Below, one piece after another: positions 1 to 10,545 of a stretch of 40,390 bases of DNA. Every line of letters begins with the position of its first letter. The first letter of the stretch is position 1. The notes under the pieces are model-generated. The model searched no databases. It saw nothing but the letters and a program-made list of their open reading frames with translations, and was not told the DNA's origin. Made by a program: the position numbers and the translations under genes. The DNA is from Propionibacteriaceae bacterium (lineage in GTDB: Bacteria; Actinomycetota; Actinomycetes; Propionibacteriales; Propionibacteriaceae): contig DATFOP010000231.1 in NCBI GenBank assembly GCA_035265505.1, positions 1 to 40,390 on the forward strand, in the 5' to 3' direction.

Positions 1-2
1 AG

Positions 3-1064
3 CCGCTGCCGGTCACCGTGCTCGCTTTTGCGCTGACCGGCGTGCTGGCCATCGGATTCACGGCGCTGTGGACCTTCTTGCGCGGACCGGTGCCGTTCTC
101 CTCGCCAACGTTGGGGGGAGGGGCACTGGACGGTGCGCCGACGGTCGGCACGTTCTTGATCGTCGCGCTGCTGGTGCCCATCGTGGGGGAAGCCATCCGG
201 GAGATCGGCCCAGTGATCTTGGCCAGCCGCCCCCAATTCGACGACCTGATGGACGGACTGACCTTCGGTGTGATCAGCGGGGTAAGCTACGCCTGCTTCG
301 ACACCCTGGTCCGGCATTGGGACCTACTCACCTCCGGGGTGCAGGAGTCCAGCCCTGGCCTCTGGGTGTCGCTCATCGTCCTCGAGGGCTTCGTCAAGCC
401 GCTCATCATGGGTACGGCCACCGGGATCGCCTGCGCTGAGTTCTCTGGCCTCGGCCGTGGGTACGACGGCTTTACGCCGCGCTACTTCCGCGGGGTGGCG
501 GAAGCGGTGCTGGCCAACATTGCCTACCAGGCCGGCAGCTACCTGTTCTCTTACGTCGGGTCCGCGACCCTTAGTCTGATGTTGAGCATCGGCTGGGGGC
601 TGCTCATCCTCGCCATCTTGATCTTGCGGCTCCGAAACATCCTGCACGTCGGCCTGATGGAGGCCGCGCTTGAGCGGTCTGCCCGGAACGCCGGCATCGG
701 ACCAAGCGGTGAACTGGAGTTCTGCGCGCAGTGCGAGATGCCACTGGTCGACCACGCGGCTTTCTGCAACGCCTGCGGCACGGCGGTGCGAGTCAGGCCC
801 AAGGCAACCAGGCCCAAGGCACCGGCGACGGTCGCTTCGCGGGCGGCTACGGAGTATGACACGGACAACGCGGCAACCTCAATCATCCCCGGCATGGACC
901 GCGACGATGACGACGACGGACAGGGCTACCTCGACGAACCCACCGAACGCGTCCAATCCGACCAGTTCAACAGCCCAGGGTCCACGGTTCCACTGCAGCC
1001 TGAGCTGTCCTCTCCCGACCGGCCGCGGCATCGTCTCGACGATGACGAGGAGTGGCGACCATGA
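3..1064 (+). CDS. PrsW-like multi-pass membrane protein with C-terminal zinc ribbon (5'-truncated; catalytic motifs degenerate)
   Basis: Frame is open to the window edge. Several TM segments. PrsW-style segment '[12 protein letters not shown]...[24 protein letters not shown]'. CAQC-x10-CNAC ribbon followed by an acidic disordered tail. Confidence 0.7.
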   Translation, partial: PLPVTVLAFALTGVLAIGFTALWTFLRGPVPFSSPTLGGGALDGAPTVGTFLIVALLVPIVGEAIREIGPVILASRPQFDDLMDGLTFGVISGVSYACFDTLVRHWDLLTSGVQESSPGLWVSLIVLEGFVKPLIMGTATGIACAEFSGLGRGYDGFTPRYFRGVAEAVLANIAYQAGSYLFSYVGSATLSLMLSIGWGLLILAILILRLRNILHVGLMEAALERSARNAGIGPSGELEFCAQCEMPLVDHAAFCNACGTAVRVRPKATRPKAPATVASRAATEYDTDNAATSIIPGMDRDDDDDGQGYLDEPTERVQSDQFNSPGSTVPLQPELSSPDRPRHRLDDDEEWRP

Positions 1065-2107
1065 GTCAGACTCCAGGCGAGTGGCCCCCGGACCAGGGGG
1101 GATACTCCCAAGGCGGATACCCGCCACAGAGTCAGCCCCCGGGCTACCCATCCCAAGCACAACCGGGTGGCTACGGCACCGACTCCCAGCCAGGCGGGTA
1201 CCCGCCGCAACCACCCGGCGGCTATCCGCCGCAGGGTCAACCGGGCATCTATTCCGGGCAACCTGGCGCCTACCCTCCACAGGGCGCCTACCCCCCGCCG
1301 GGCGGTTTCCCGCCGGGGGGTGCCTACCCGGGCTCTGCCGCGGGGTATCCGCCGCCTGGCGCAGGACCCGTCGGTCCGGCCGGTGGTCCGCCGGCCAGGA
1401 AGAGCCGCGGAATGATCATCGGGATCGTGGCAGCAGCCGTGGTGCTGTTGGCGGCGGTAGGAGGGATCATCCTGGTGCTCAACCGCAGCGACGACACTCA
1501 ACCAAGTGCGACCATCACACCCGGGCCCCCTCCTGCGGAGCCGACGCCCGAGGAGTCGAGCGCTGAACCGAGGACTCCGAGCCCCAGCGGCAAGCAGAGC
1601 GCACCTCAACCGACGCAGCCGACCGAGGCACCGACCCAAGCCCCGAACGGTGACGAGATCCCTCTCGGCCGCGGCATCAGCCTCACGCCGGCCGACGGCT
1701 ACGAGATCGAGAAGTCCGGGACCGGCTACGCCCGTGTCAGCAACGGCGACCAGCTGTTCCTGGGCCAGGCTGTTGCGGTCGAGCCGGGGACAAATCCCGG
1801 ACAGCTATGTGACGCTTGGCATCGCAAGATCGCCGAAGGACAGGCAAACGGAAAGTTCGCCGACCCCAAGACCGCCGACCTGAACACTAAGACACTCGAG
1901 GGCGCGACGTGCGTCGGGACGTTCACCGCGAGCAACGGAAGTGGCAGCCAGGATGTCGTCGTTTACAGCCTCGCCTCGGTGCGTACCGACGGCGTGACGG
2001 CGCTGGGCACGATGTACTTCTTGAAGGACGCGAACGCCGACCAGCTCAACAAGGACTTCAACGCCATGATGAACTCGATGTTGGAGGGTCAGGGCACCGG
2101 GGGCTAG
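1061..2107 (+). CDS. Pro/Gly/Tyr-rich single-pass membrane protein with extracytoplasmic domain, unknown function
   Basis: ATG 1061 overlaps the upstream stop (ATGA), with GAGGAG about 8 nt upstream. GGYPP repeats, TM '[22 protein letters not shown]', P/T/E linker, folded C-terminal domain with two Cys. Confidence 0.8.
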   Translation: MSQTPGEWPPDQGGYSQGGYPPQSQPPGYPSQAQPGGYGTDSQPGGYPPQPPGGYPPQGQPGIYSGQPGAYPPQGAYPPPGGFPPGGAYPGSAAGYPPPGAGPVGPAGGPPARKSRGMIIGIVAAAVVLLAAVGGIILVLNRSDDTQPSATITPGPPPAEPTPEESSAEPRTPSPSGKQSAPQPTQPTEAPTQAPNGDEIPLGRGISLTPADGYEIEKSGTGYARVSNGDQLFLGQAVAVEPGTNPGQLCDAWHRKIAEGQANGKFADPKTADLNTKTLEGATCVGTFTASNGSGSQDVVVYSLASVRTDGVTALGTMYFLKDANADQLNKDFNAMMNSMLEGQGTGG

Positions 2108-2148
2108 CGCTTGTGTGGTGCTCCCGAACAATCGAGTGGCGAAGGGCC

Positions 2149-2170
2149 TGTCGTAGGCGCCGCATATCCT
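2149..2170 (+). promoter_or_regulatory. PafBC/RecA-NDp-type DNA-damage promoter, leaderless uvrB
   Basis: TGTCGT-N10-TATCCT, then 6 nt to ATG 2177; no SD. Confidence 0.7.
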
Positions 2171-2176
2171 CACCTC

Positions 2177-4273
<2,097 letters not shown>

Positions 4274-4320
4274 TCAGTCCTTCCGCCGCTGTCTGGGGCT
4301 CTGCTCTCAGCAACTGGCGT

Positions 4321-4374
4321 GCTCCCAGCTTGTCGAGGTGGGGGGCCCGCACGCGCGCTGCCCTGAGCCTGTCG
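4321..4374. repeat. Degenerate REP-like short repeats
   Basis: CCCAGCTTGTCGAGG near 4324 and CCCTGAGCCTGTCG at 4361-4374 resemble copies at 6142 and 24446-24509. Confidence 0.5.
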
Positions 4375-4421
4375 TTCGGCCGCAGTTAGGCATTCAATAT
4401 CCCTGCTGACATACTGGGCGA

Positions 4422-4534
4422 CGGAGGGGAGTATTCCCTCGCGTCGGCATCGTCATCACGGAACTAGCGTCGTCCACCCGGCGGCGGCCAGTCCCGGTGC
4501 GTCGGCCAGGTCGTTCTGGCGGAAGAGACCTCCG
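4422..4534 (+). ncRNA. yybP-ykoY manganese riboswitch
   Basis: CGGAGG (4422-27) pairs with CCTCCG (4529-34). GGGGAGTA 5' motif, CGTCATCAC loop motif, GAGACC 3' motif. Directly upstream of a TerC/Alx gene; CATACT -10 at 4410-15. Confidence 0.88.
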
Positions 4535-4575
4535 AGATGTCGACGTTCGCCGAACCCGTCTCGGAAGGTCTCCAC

Positions 4576-5565
4576 TTGGACGTTCACCTCTATGCCTGGA
4601 TCATCACCGTCGTGGTCATGACCACGATTTTGGTCATTGACGTCCTGGTCATCGGTCGCCGGCCACACGAGCCGTCGATGAAGGAGGCAGGCTCCTTCAT
4701 CGGGCTCTTCGTCGGCCTGGCCGTCGTCTTCGGGCTTGGGGTGTGGTGGGTCTCCGGACCGCGCTACGCCGGTGAGTTTTACGCCGGCTGGCTCACCGAG
4801 TACAGCCTGTCGATCGACAACCTCTTCATCTTCTTGATCATCATGAGCAAGTTGAAGGTGCCGCGGCACCTTCAGCAGTTCGCCCTGCTGGTGGGGATCA
4901 TCCTCGCCCTGGTCTTCCGGGCGATCTTCATTGCCGTCGGTGCCGCCGCGATCAACCGATTCAGCTGGATCTTCTTTCTCTTCGGTGGGTTCCTGATCTA
5001 CACGGCGGTAAAGCTATTTATCGACTATCGCCAGCACGACGAGAGCGATGACGTGCCGGACAACGCTGCCATGCGGTACATCCGGCGACGGTTCAGAGCG
5101 ACGGACAACTTCCGCGGGACCAAGCTGTTTGTCATCGAGAACGGCAAGCGACTTATGACGCCGATGTTCGTCGTGATCGTGGCCCTCGGTAGTACGGACT
5201 TGTTGTTCGCTCTCGACTCCATTCCAGCCATCTACGGACTCACCCAGGAGCCGTACCTGGTTTTCACGGCCAACGTGTTCGCCTTGATGGGGCTACGTCA
5301 GCTCTACTTCCTGGTGGGCGGCATGCTGAAGCGGCTGGTTTATCTGTCGCTCGGGTTATCGGTCATTCTGGGATTCATCGGCATCAAGCTGGTGCTACAC
5401 GCCATGCACGAGTACCACTGGGCTGACTGGGCTCCCTTCGATGGGGAGATCCCGATCTGGCTGTCGCTCGGAGTGATCGTTGGAACCCTGACCATCACGA
5501 CGTTGGCGAGCCTTGCCAAGTCCAAGCGCGACGACGCTACCAGGACTGCACCGGAAGCCATCTGA
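4576..5565 (+). CDS. terC: TerC/Alx family Mn efflux membrane protein
   Basis: TEYSLSIDNLFIF, DLLFALDSIPAIYG, FTANVFALMGLRQLYF motifs. Start probably TTG 4576 after GGAAGG; the track's ATG 4537 lies in the riboswitch expression platform. Confidence 0.93.
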   Translation: MDVHLYAWIITVVVMTTILVIDVLVIGRRPHEPSMKEAGSFIGLFVGLAVVFGLGVWWVSGPRYAGEFYAGWLTEYSLSIDNLFIFLIIMSKLKVPRHLQQFALLVGIILALVFRAIFIAVGAAAINRFSWIFFLFGGFLIYTAVKLFIDYRQHDESDDVPDNAAMRYIRRRFRATDNFRGTKLFVIENGKRLMTPMFVVIVALGSTDLLFALDSIPAIYGLTQEPYLVFTANVFALMGLRQLYFLVGGMLKRLVYLSLGLSVILGFIGIKLVLHAMHEYHWADWAPFDGEIPIWLSLGVIVGTLTITTLASLAKSKRDDATRTAPEAI

Positions 5566-5606
5566 GGTTGCCGCCGGCGATGACGACGGCTCAACTTGCG
5601 TCGGGG

Positions 5607-7994
5607 TCAGGCCGCGGCCTGAGTCTGCTGTTGCTCCGGCTCGATCGCCTGCACGACGAGCTCCGCGACGTCCGCCGTGAGCCGGATGTCGATCGATTCC
5701 AAGACGTCGGTCGGTACCTCGTCCAAGTCGGGCTCGTTGCGCTTGGGCAGGAACACGGTGGTGAGCCCGGCACGCTGGGCAGCGAGCAGCTTCTGCTTCA
5801 CTCCGCCGATCGGCAACACCCGGCCATTGAGCGTCACCTCGCCGGTCATCCCGACCTCAGACCGTACTGGTCGTCCTAGCGCCATGGACGTCAGCGCCGT
5901 CACCATCGTGACGCCTGCCGATGGGCCGTCCTTGGGTACCGCGCCTGCGGGAACGTGAACGTGGATGTGCCGATCGAGGATGCTGGGATCAGTGATTCCG
6001 AGCTGCGCCGCGTGAGCGCGTACGTAGGACAGAGCGATCTGCGCCGACTCCTTCATCACGTCGCCTAGCTGTCCGGTCAAGGTCAGGCCGCCCCGCCCGC
6101 TGGGTGAGCCTCCGATCACCCCGGAGCTGGTCGAAACGTCCGCTGAGCCTGTGGAAGGGCCGGCGTTCGCCTCGATGAACAGCACGTCGCCGCCGAGACC
6201 GGTGACGGCCAGTCCTGTCGCCACGCCTGGGACCGAAGTCCGCTCGTGCGCCTCGGGCGTGAATCGAGGTCGACCGAGATAGGTTCGCAGGTTGGCCGGC
6301 TCGATCGTCAGCTGCTGCGGGTCCGAGGCGTTTGCCAGCTTGGTGGCTGCCTTACGCAACGCTTTGGCCAGCAACCGCTCGAGCTGGCGCACACCGGGTT
6401 CGCGGGTATAGTCGGCCGCGATCTCGCGCAGTGCCTCATCGGTGACGACGACTTCGTCTGAGGTCAGTGCGGCCCGCTCGAACTGCCGTGGCAGCAGGAA
6501 ATCTCGAGCGATGGCAATCTTGTCGTCCTCGGTGTAGCCGTCGAGAGTAACCAGCTCCATCCGGTCGAGCAGTGCCTGCGGGATGGTCTCTACGACGTTT
6601 GCCGTGGCTAGGAACAACACGTCGGAGAGGTCAAGGTCGACCTCGAGGTAGTGATCCCGGAAAGTGTGATTCTGTGCCGGGTCCAGCACCTCGAGCAGCG
6701 CCGCCGCAGGGTCACCGCGATAGTCCGAGCCGACCTTGTCGATCTCGTCGAGCAGGACGACCGGGTTCATCGAGCCGGCCTCGGTGATAGCCCGTACGAT
6801 CCGGCCGGGCAACGCGCCCACGTATGTGCGCCGGTGACCGCGGATCTCCGCCTCGTCTCGGACACCACCGAGCGCGACACGGACGAACTTGCGGCCGAGC
6901 GCTCGAGCCACCGACTCGCCGAGCGAGGTCTTGCCAACGCCGGGCGGCCCGACGAGGGCCATGACGGCGCCGGAGCCGCGACCGCCGATCACCTCCAGAC
7001 CGCGGGACGCTCGGCGGGCGCGGATCGCGAGGTACTCCACGATCCGGTCCTTCACGTCCTCCAGCCCATGATGGTCGGCGTCCAAGACCTCGCGAGCCGC
7101 CTGAATGTCGATCGAGTCCGTAGTCTTGGTGCTCCACGGCAGGTCAAAAATCGTGTCCAGCCAGGTGCGGATGTAGCCAGACTCGGGGCTCTGATCACTG
7201 GCCCGTTCGAGCTTGCCGACTTCGCGCAGCGCCGCCTTGCGGACGTCGTCGGGCAGCTGAGCCTCCACGACTCGGGTCCGGTAATCCTGTGCACCGTCGG
7301 GCTCGTCCTCCCCGAGCTCCTTGCGGATCGCGTTGAGTTGCTGGCGAAGCAAGAACTCGCGTTGGCTCTTCTCCATGCCTTCTCGTACGTCGTCGGCAAT
7401 CTTGTCGTTGACTTCCGTCTCGGCGATGTGGTCCCTGGTCCACTCGATCAGCGAGCGCAGCCGCGTCGCGACATCAGGAGTCTCGAGAAGTTCGCGCTTT
7501 TGGCTATCGCTGAGGTACGGCGCGTACCCGGCAAGGTCGGCGAGGGAAGAGGGATCCGTGACTTTGTTGACCGTGTCAATGACCTGCCAGGCGTCCCGGC
7601 GTTGGAGCGTGGCAATAACCAGCGCCTTGTAATCCGACGCGAGGTTGCGGACCTCGTCAGTGTCCCCACCAGGGCTGCGAATCTCCTCCGCCTCCACCCA
7701 TAGCGCGGTGCCCGGTCCCGAGACACCCGACCCGATGCGCACACGTCGCTCGGCTCGAATAACTGCAGCGGGCTCGCCGCTGGCCAGCCGGCCCATCTGC
7801 ACGATGGACGCCTCCACGCCATACGAGGCATAGCGGTCCTCCAGGCGCGGTGCGACGAGCAGATTCCCGTCGCTATGGGACCGGGCCGCGTCGACCGCAG
7901 CGCGAGCAGCATCATCAAGCTCGATCGGCACGACCATGCCCGGGAGCACGACGAGATCGGTAAGAAAGAGGACAGGGAGCTTGGTTATCGACAT
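5607..7994 (-). CDS. lon: ATP-dependent protease La (Lon)
   Basis: N-domain, AAA+ GPPGVGKT, LLDEIDK, catalytic PKDGPSAG, IGGVKQK. Confidence 0.97.
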   Translation of the reverse strand: MSITKLPVLFLTDLVVLPGMVVPIELDDAARAAVDAARSHSDGNLLVAPRLEDRYASYGVEASIVQMGRLASGEPAAVIRAERRVRIGSGVSGPGTALWVEAEEIRSPGGDTDEVRNLASDYKALVIATLQRRDAWQVIDTVNKVTDPSSLADLAGYAPYLSDSQKRELLETPDVATRLRSLIEWTRDHIAETEVNDKIADDVREGMEKSQREFLLRQQLNAIRKELGEDEPDGAQDYRTRVVEAQLPDDVRKAALREVGKLERASDQSPESGYIRTWLDTIFDLPWSTKTTDSIDIQAAREVLDADHHGLEDVKDRIVEYLAIRARRASRGLEVIGGRGSGAVMALVGPPGVGKTSLGESVARALGRKFVRVALGGVRDEAEIRGHRRTYVGALPGRIVRAITEAGSMNPVVLLDEIDKVGSDYRGDPAAALLEVLDPAQNHTFRDHYLEVDLDLSDVLFLATANVVETIPQALLDRMELVTLDGYTEDDKIAIARDFLLPRQFERAALTSDEVVVTDEALREIAADYTREPGVRQLERLLAKALRKAATKLANASDPQQLTIEPANLRTYLGRPRFTPEAHERTSVPGVATGLAVTGLGGDVLFIEANAGPSTGSADVSTSSGVIGGSPSGRGGLTLTGQLGDVMKESAQIALSYVRAHAAQLGITDPSILDRHIHVHVPAGAVPKDGPSAGVTMVTALTSMALGRPVRSEVGMTGEVTLNGRVLPIGGVKQKLLAAQRAGLTTVFLPKRNEPDLDEVPTDVLESIDIRLTADVAELVVQAIEPEQQQTQAAA
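6103..6160. repeat. Tandem REP-like units inside lon coding sequence
   Basis: GAGC cores at 6106, 6124 and 6145 (spacing 18 and 21 nt); GGAGCTGGTCGAAAC and GCTGAGCCTGTGGAAGGGC. Confidence 0.6.
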
Positions 7995-8027
7995 CAGGAA
8001 CTGAGCCTCCAATTCGCGTCACTCTAG

Positions 8028-8046
8028 TTGAGCGACACAGGCTCAA
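8028..8046. promoter_or_regulatory. HAIR (HspR operator) upstream of lon
   Basis: Perfect inverted repeat TTGAGC-N7-GCTCAA, close to the CTTGAGT-N7-ACTCAAG consensus, 33 nt upstream of the lon start. Confidence 0.82.
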
Positions 8047-8201
8047 TGCTGGTTGCGAGCGTTTTCTTCCATCCGTTCTCCGTCGGTGCACAAGCAGTAG
8101 TCCCGCTGTTTACAACGCTGTCAGTCGAGCTCGGCGACCAGGTACGGCTCAAGGTTCCGGATCGCCTGACCCATCGCCATGGTGTGAGCACGTCGAGTCG
8201 C

Positions 8202-8834
8202 TCAGCGAGAACGGCGGTCAGCGCGTTTGGTGACGTACCGCCGGATCTTCTCGTCGGTGCCGCAGATTTCCATGGTGCACCAACGCCGGCTGTGGTTCTT
8301 CGAGCGGTCCAGGAACAACCAGGGGCAGCCGGCGCATCGCTTGAGCCGCTGGGTCTCCGGACCGACGAGCAGCCGATAGGCAGCTTCGGCCACCGGCCAG
8401 AGCGGCGATTCCAAATCGGAGAAATCCCAGGAGAGCGACGGCTGAGGCGGAGAGGACGTGACTCCGGCGTGTTGTATGGCAGAAGTGACGAATGGCCGCA
8501 GCTGCTGCCAACCGGCGTCGGGCGATCGGCCGTCAGCCAGGGCGCCGAAGGTCTCGTTGATCGCGGCCCGGAGGTCTTTCGCCCGTCGCACGGTTGATCT
8601 GGCTTGGCGTGGATGATCTTCGGCGATGTGGTGCAGTGCTGCCGCAGAATGATCCGGCACTGTCCCGATCCGCTGTGACCAGACTATGAGGCCTCGATAA
8701 TCCGCCACGTAGTCGAACGGCTGAGGCCCGTAGGGGTCGTCGACGGTGTTGGCGAAGTCCAGAGTCAGGTTCCCGCCGACGATCGGCAACTCGCGGATCC
8801 CTTCACGGCGAAGTGGGCCTGCGGCCTGCGTCAT
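8202..8834 (-). CDS. CGNR zinc finger / ABATE (DUF1470) putative regulator
   Basis: GGNLTLDFANT N-terminal motif; RLKRCAGCPWLFLDRSKNHSRRWCTMEICG C-terminal finger. Start uncertain (8834-8855). Confidence 0.9.
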   Translation of the reverse strand: MTQAAGPLRREGIRELPIVGGNLTLDFANTVDDPYGPQPFDYVADYRGLIVWSQRIGTVPDHSAAALHHIAEDHPRQARSTVRRAKDLRAAINETFGALADGRSPDAGWQQLRPFVTSAIQHAGVTSSPPQPSLSWDFSDLESPLWPVAEAAYRLLVGPETQRLKRCAGCPWLFLDRSKNHSRRWCTMEICGTDEKIRRYVTKRADRRSR

Positions 8835-8898
8835 TGTTTCCACCAAAACAGACATTACCAGCTTGCATCTGAGCCGGCCAGGTGGCAGTGTTTCCGGT

Positions 8899-10350
8899 AT
8901 GGGGAACTTTACCGGAAACACTGCGCCGGCGGGGGTAGCCGGAGGCGTCGCCGTTCTCTGTGTCGCCCAGTTCGTGGTGGTGCTGGATGTGACCATCGTC
9001 GCCATCGCGCTCCCGGCGATCTCGCGTGACCTGGGCTTTCAGCCGGGCGAGCTGTCGTGGGTGATCACCGCCTACACCGTCGTCCTGGCGGGTCTGCTGA
9101 TCCTCGGTGGCCGCGCGGCTGATCTGGTCGGCGCTGCGCGGATGTTCCGCGTCGGTCTGGTGGCCTTCTCAGTTGCCTCGTTGGCTTGTGCCCTGGCCTG
9201 GTCCCCCGCCGCGCTCATCTGCGCCCGGATTGCCCAGGGCGTGGGGGCGGCCCTGCTGTCGCCGGCGGCGTTGGCGTCACTCAACGAGCTGATCGAACGT
9301 CCTGGCGCTCGGCGGCGCGCCCTTGGTTGGTGGACGGCTGCGGCAGCAGGAGGCGGCGCGAGCGGTTGGGTTCTGGGAGGCGTGATCACCGAAATCGCCG
9401 GCTGGCGGTGGATCTTCGCCGTCAACGCACCGATCGGCTTCGCCGCGGTGCTGATCAGCCTTCGGGTCCTTTCACCGATAAGTCGTCCACGTTCGATCAC
9501 TCGGGAGTCGCATTCCTTCGATCTGATCGGCGCGTTGTTGGTGACCTCCGGCGTCGCCCTTGGCGCGCTTGGACTATCCGCAATCGCCGAGGACATCGGC
9601 CATCAGGCGGGCTGGCTAGTCGCCGCCATGTCGGCGGTCGCGCTGACCTTCTTCGTCTGGCGTGAAGCTCGAGTTTCCGACCCGCTGCTACCCAGCAGTT
9701 TGATCACCAGACCTGGCGTGGTCGGCGGCAATCTCACCGCTGCTGCCCTCACCGCTTCGACGACACCGGCGATGCTCACCGTCATCCTGTATGTCCAGGA
9801 CACGTTGGGGCTCTCCCCGGCCCGTGGCTCGATGTTGTTCCCCGCCTTCAATCTTGCTGTGATCGGCGGTTCCCTGCTCGGACCGCTCGGGCTGAGCCGG
9901 ATCGGAACCCGACCGATGCTGCTCGGCGGATTCAGTGCCGTGGTCGGGGGAATCGCGTTGCTGTTCACCCTGCCCGACCGAGGCCTGCCAATCCTGACTC
10001 TGGTCATTGCCTTCGCCGCCATGGGGCTTGGCCTCGGCGCCGCTTCGGTGGCATCCACGACGGCCGGCACGGCAGATGTTCCCGGCGGCGAGCAGGGAGT
10101 GGCGGCCGGTCTGCTGAACTCCACGGCTCAGTTGGGCACGGCGCTGGGACTTGCCGTGACGTCCCCGCTGGTAGCCTCAGCGGCTCCGATGGTGGGCTAC
10201 CGGCGCGGGTTCTTCGCCGCGGTCATCATCGCGCTTGCCGGTGCCCTCGGATCCCTGACCGTACGGCGCCGCGCTACTTCTGTACCCGGCAGTGAATTGG
10301 CCTGCAGCGACCCCCGACAGGCGAAGTCCGGGCGAACAATGGCCGAGTGA
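8899..10350 (+). CDS. MFS drug:H+ antiporter (DHA2, EmrB/QacA-like)
   Basis: LDVTIVAIALPAI, LGGRAADLVG, GWRWIFAVNAPIG motifs; many TMs; divergent from the CGNR gene. Confidence 0.92.
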   Translation: MGNFTGNTAPAGVAGGVAVLCVAQFVVVLDVTIVAIALPAISRDLGFQPGELSWVITAYTVVLAGLLILGGRAADLVGAARMFRVGLVAFSVASLACALAWSPAALICARIAQGVGAALLSPAALASLNELIERPGARRRALGWWTAAAAGGGASGWVLGGVITEIAGWRWIFAVNAPIGFAAVLISLRVLSPISRPRSITRESHSFDLIGALLVTSGVALGALGLSAIAEDIGHQAGWLVAAMSAVALTFFVWREARVSDPLLPSSLITRPGVVGGNLTAAALTASTTPAMLTVILYVQDTLGLSPARGSMLFPAFNLAVIGGSLLGPLGLSRIGTRPMLLGGFSAVVGGIALLFTLPDRGLPILTLVIAFAAMGLGLGAASVASTTAGTADVPGGEQGVAAGLLNSTAQLGTALGLAVTSPLVASAAPMVGYRRGFFAAVIIALAGALGSLTVRRRATSVPGSELACSDPRQAKSGRTMAE

Positions 10351-10545
10351 CTGACTGCTGAATGTCCAGCCTGGTGGCGGCGAAGGGCTTGCAGCTCAAG
10401 ACGGCGGGGTAGTAGTCAATTCGGGCGGCCACTGGGACTATTGCCCCAAGAGCGTGGCTTTCGGCCATGACGCGCCTTCGCGGGCTCGGCGCTGAACCAG
10501 TCCGCGAGGAGCCGACACGGCACCATCGACAGCGAGGAGAGAACG

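Noticed and set aside
1095-1385. Repetitive DNA in the Pro-rich gene as a repeat element
   Set aside because: Explained by low-complexity PGGYP coding; units are irregular at DNA level
8028-8597. 189-aa plus-strand ORF between lon and the MFS gene
   Set aside because: Mostly antisense to the CGNR gene and starts inside the HAIR operator; no recognisable domain
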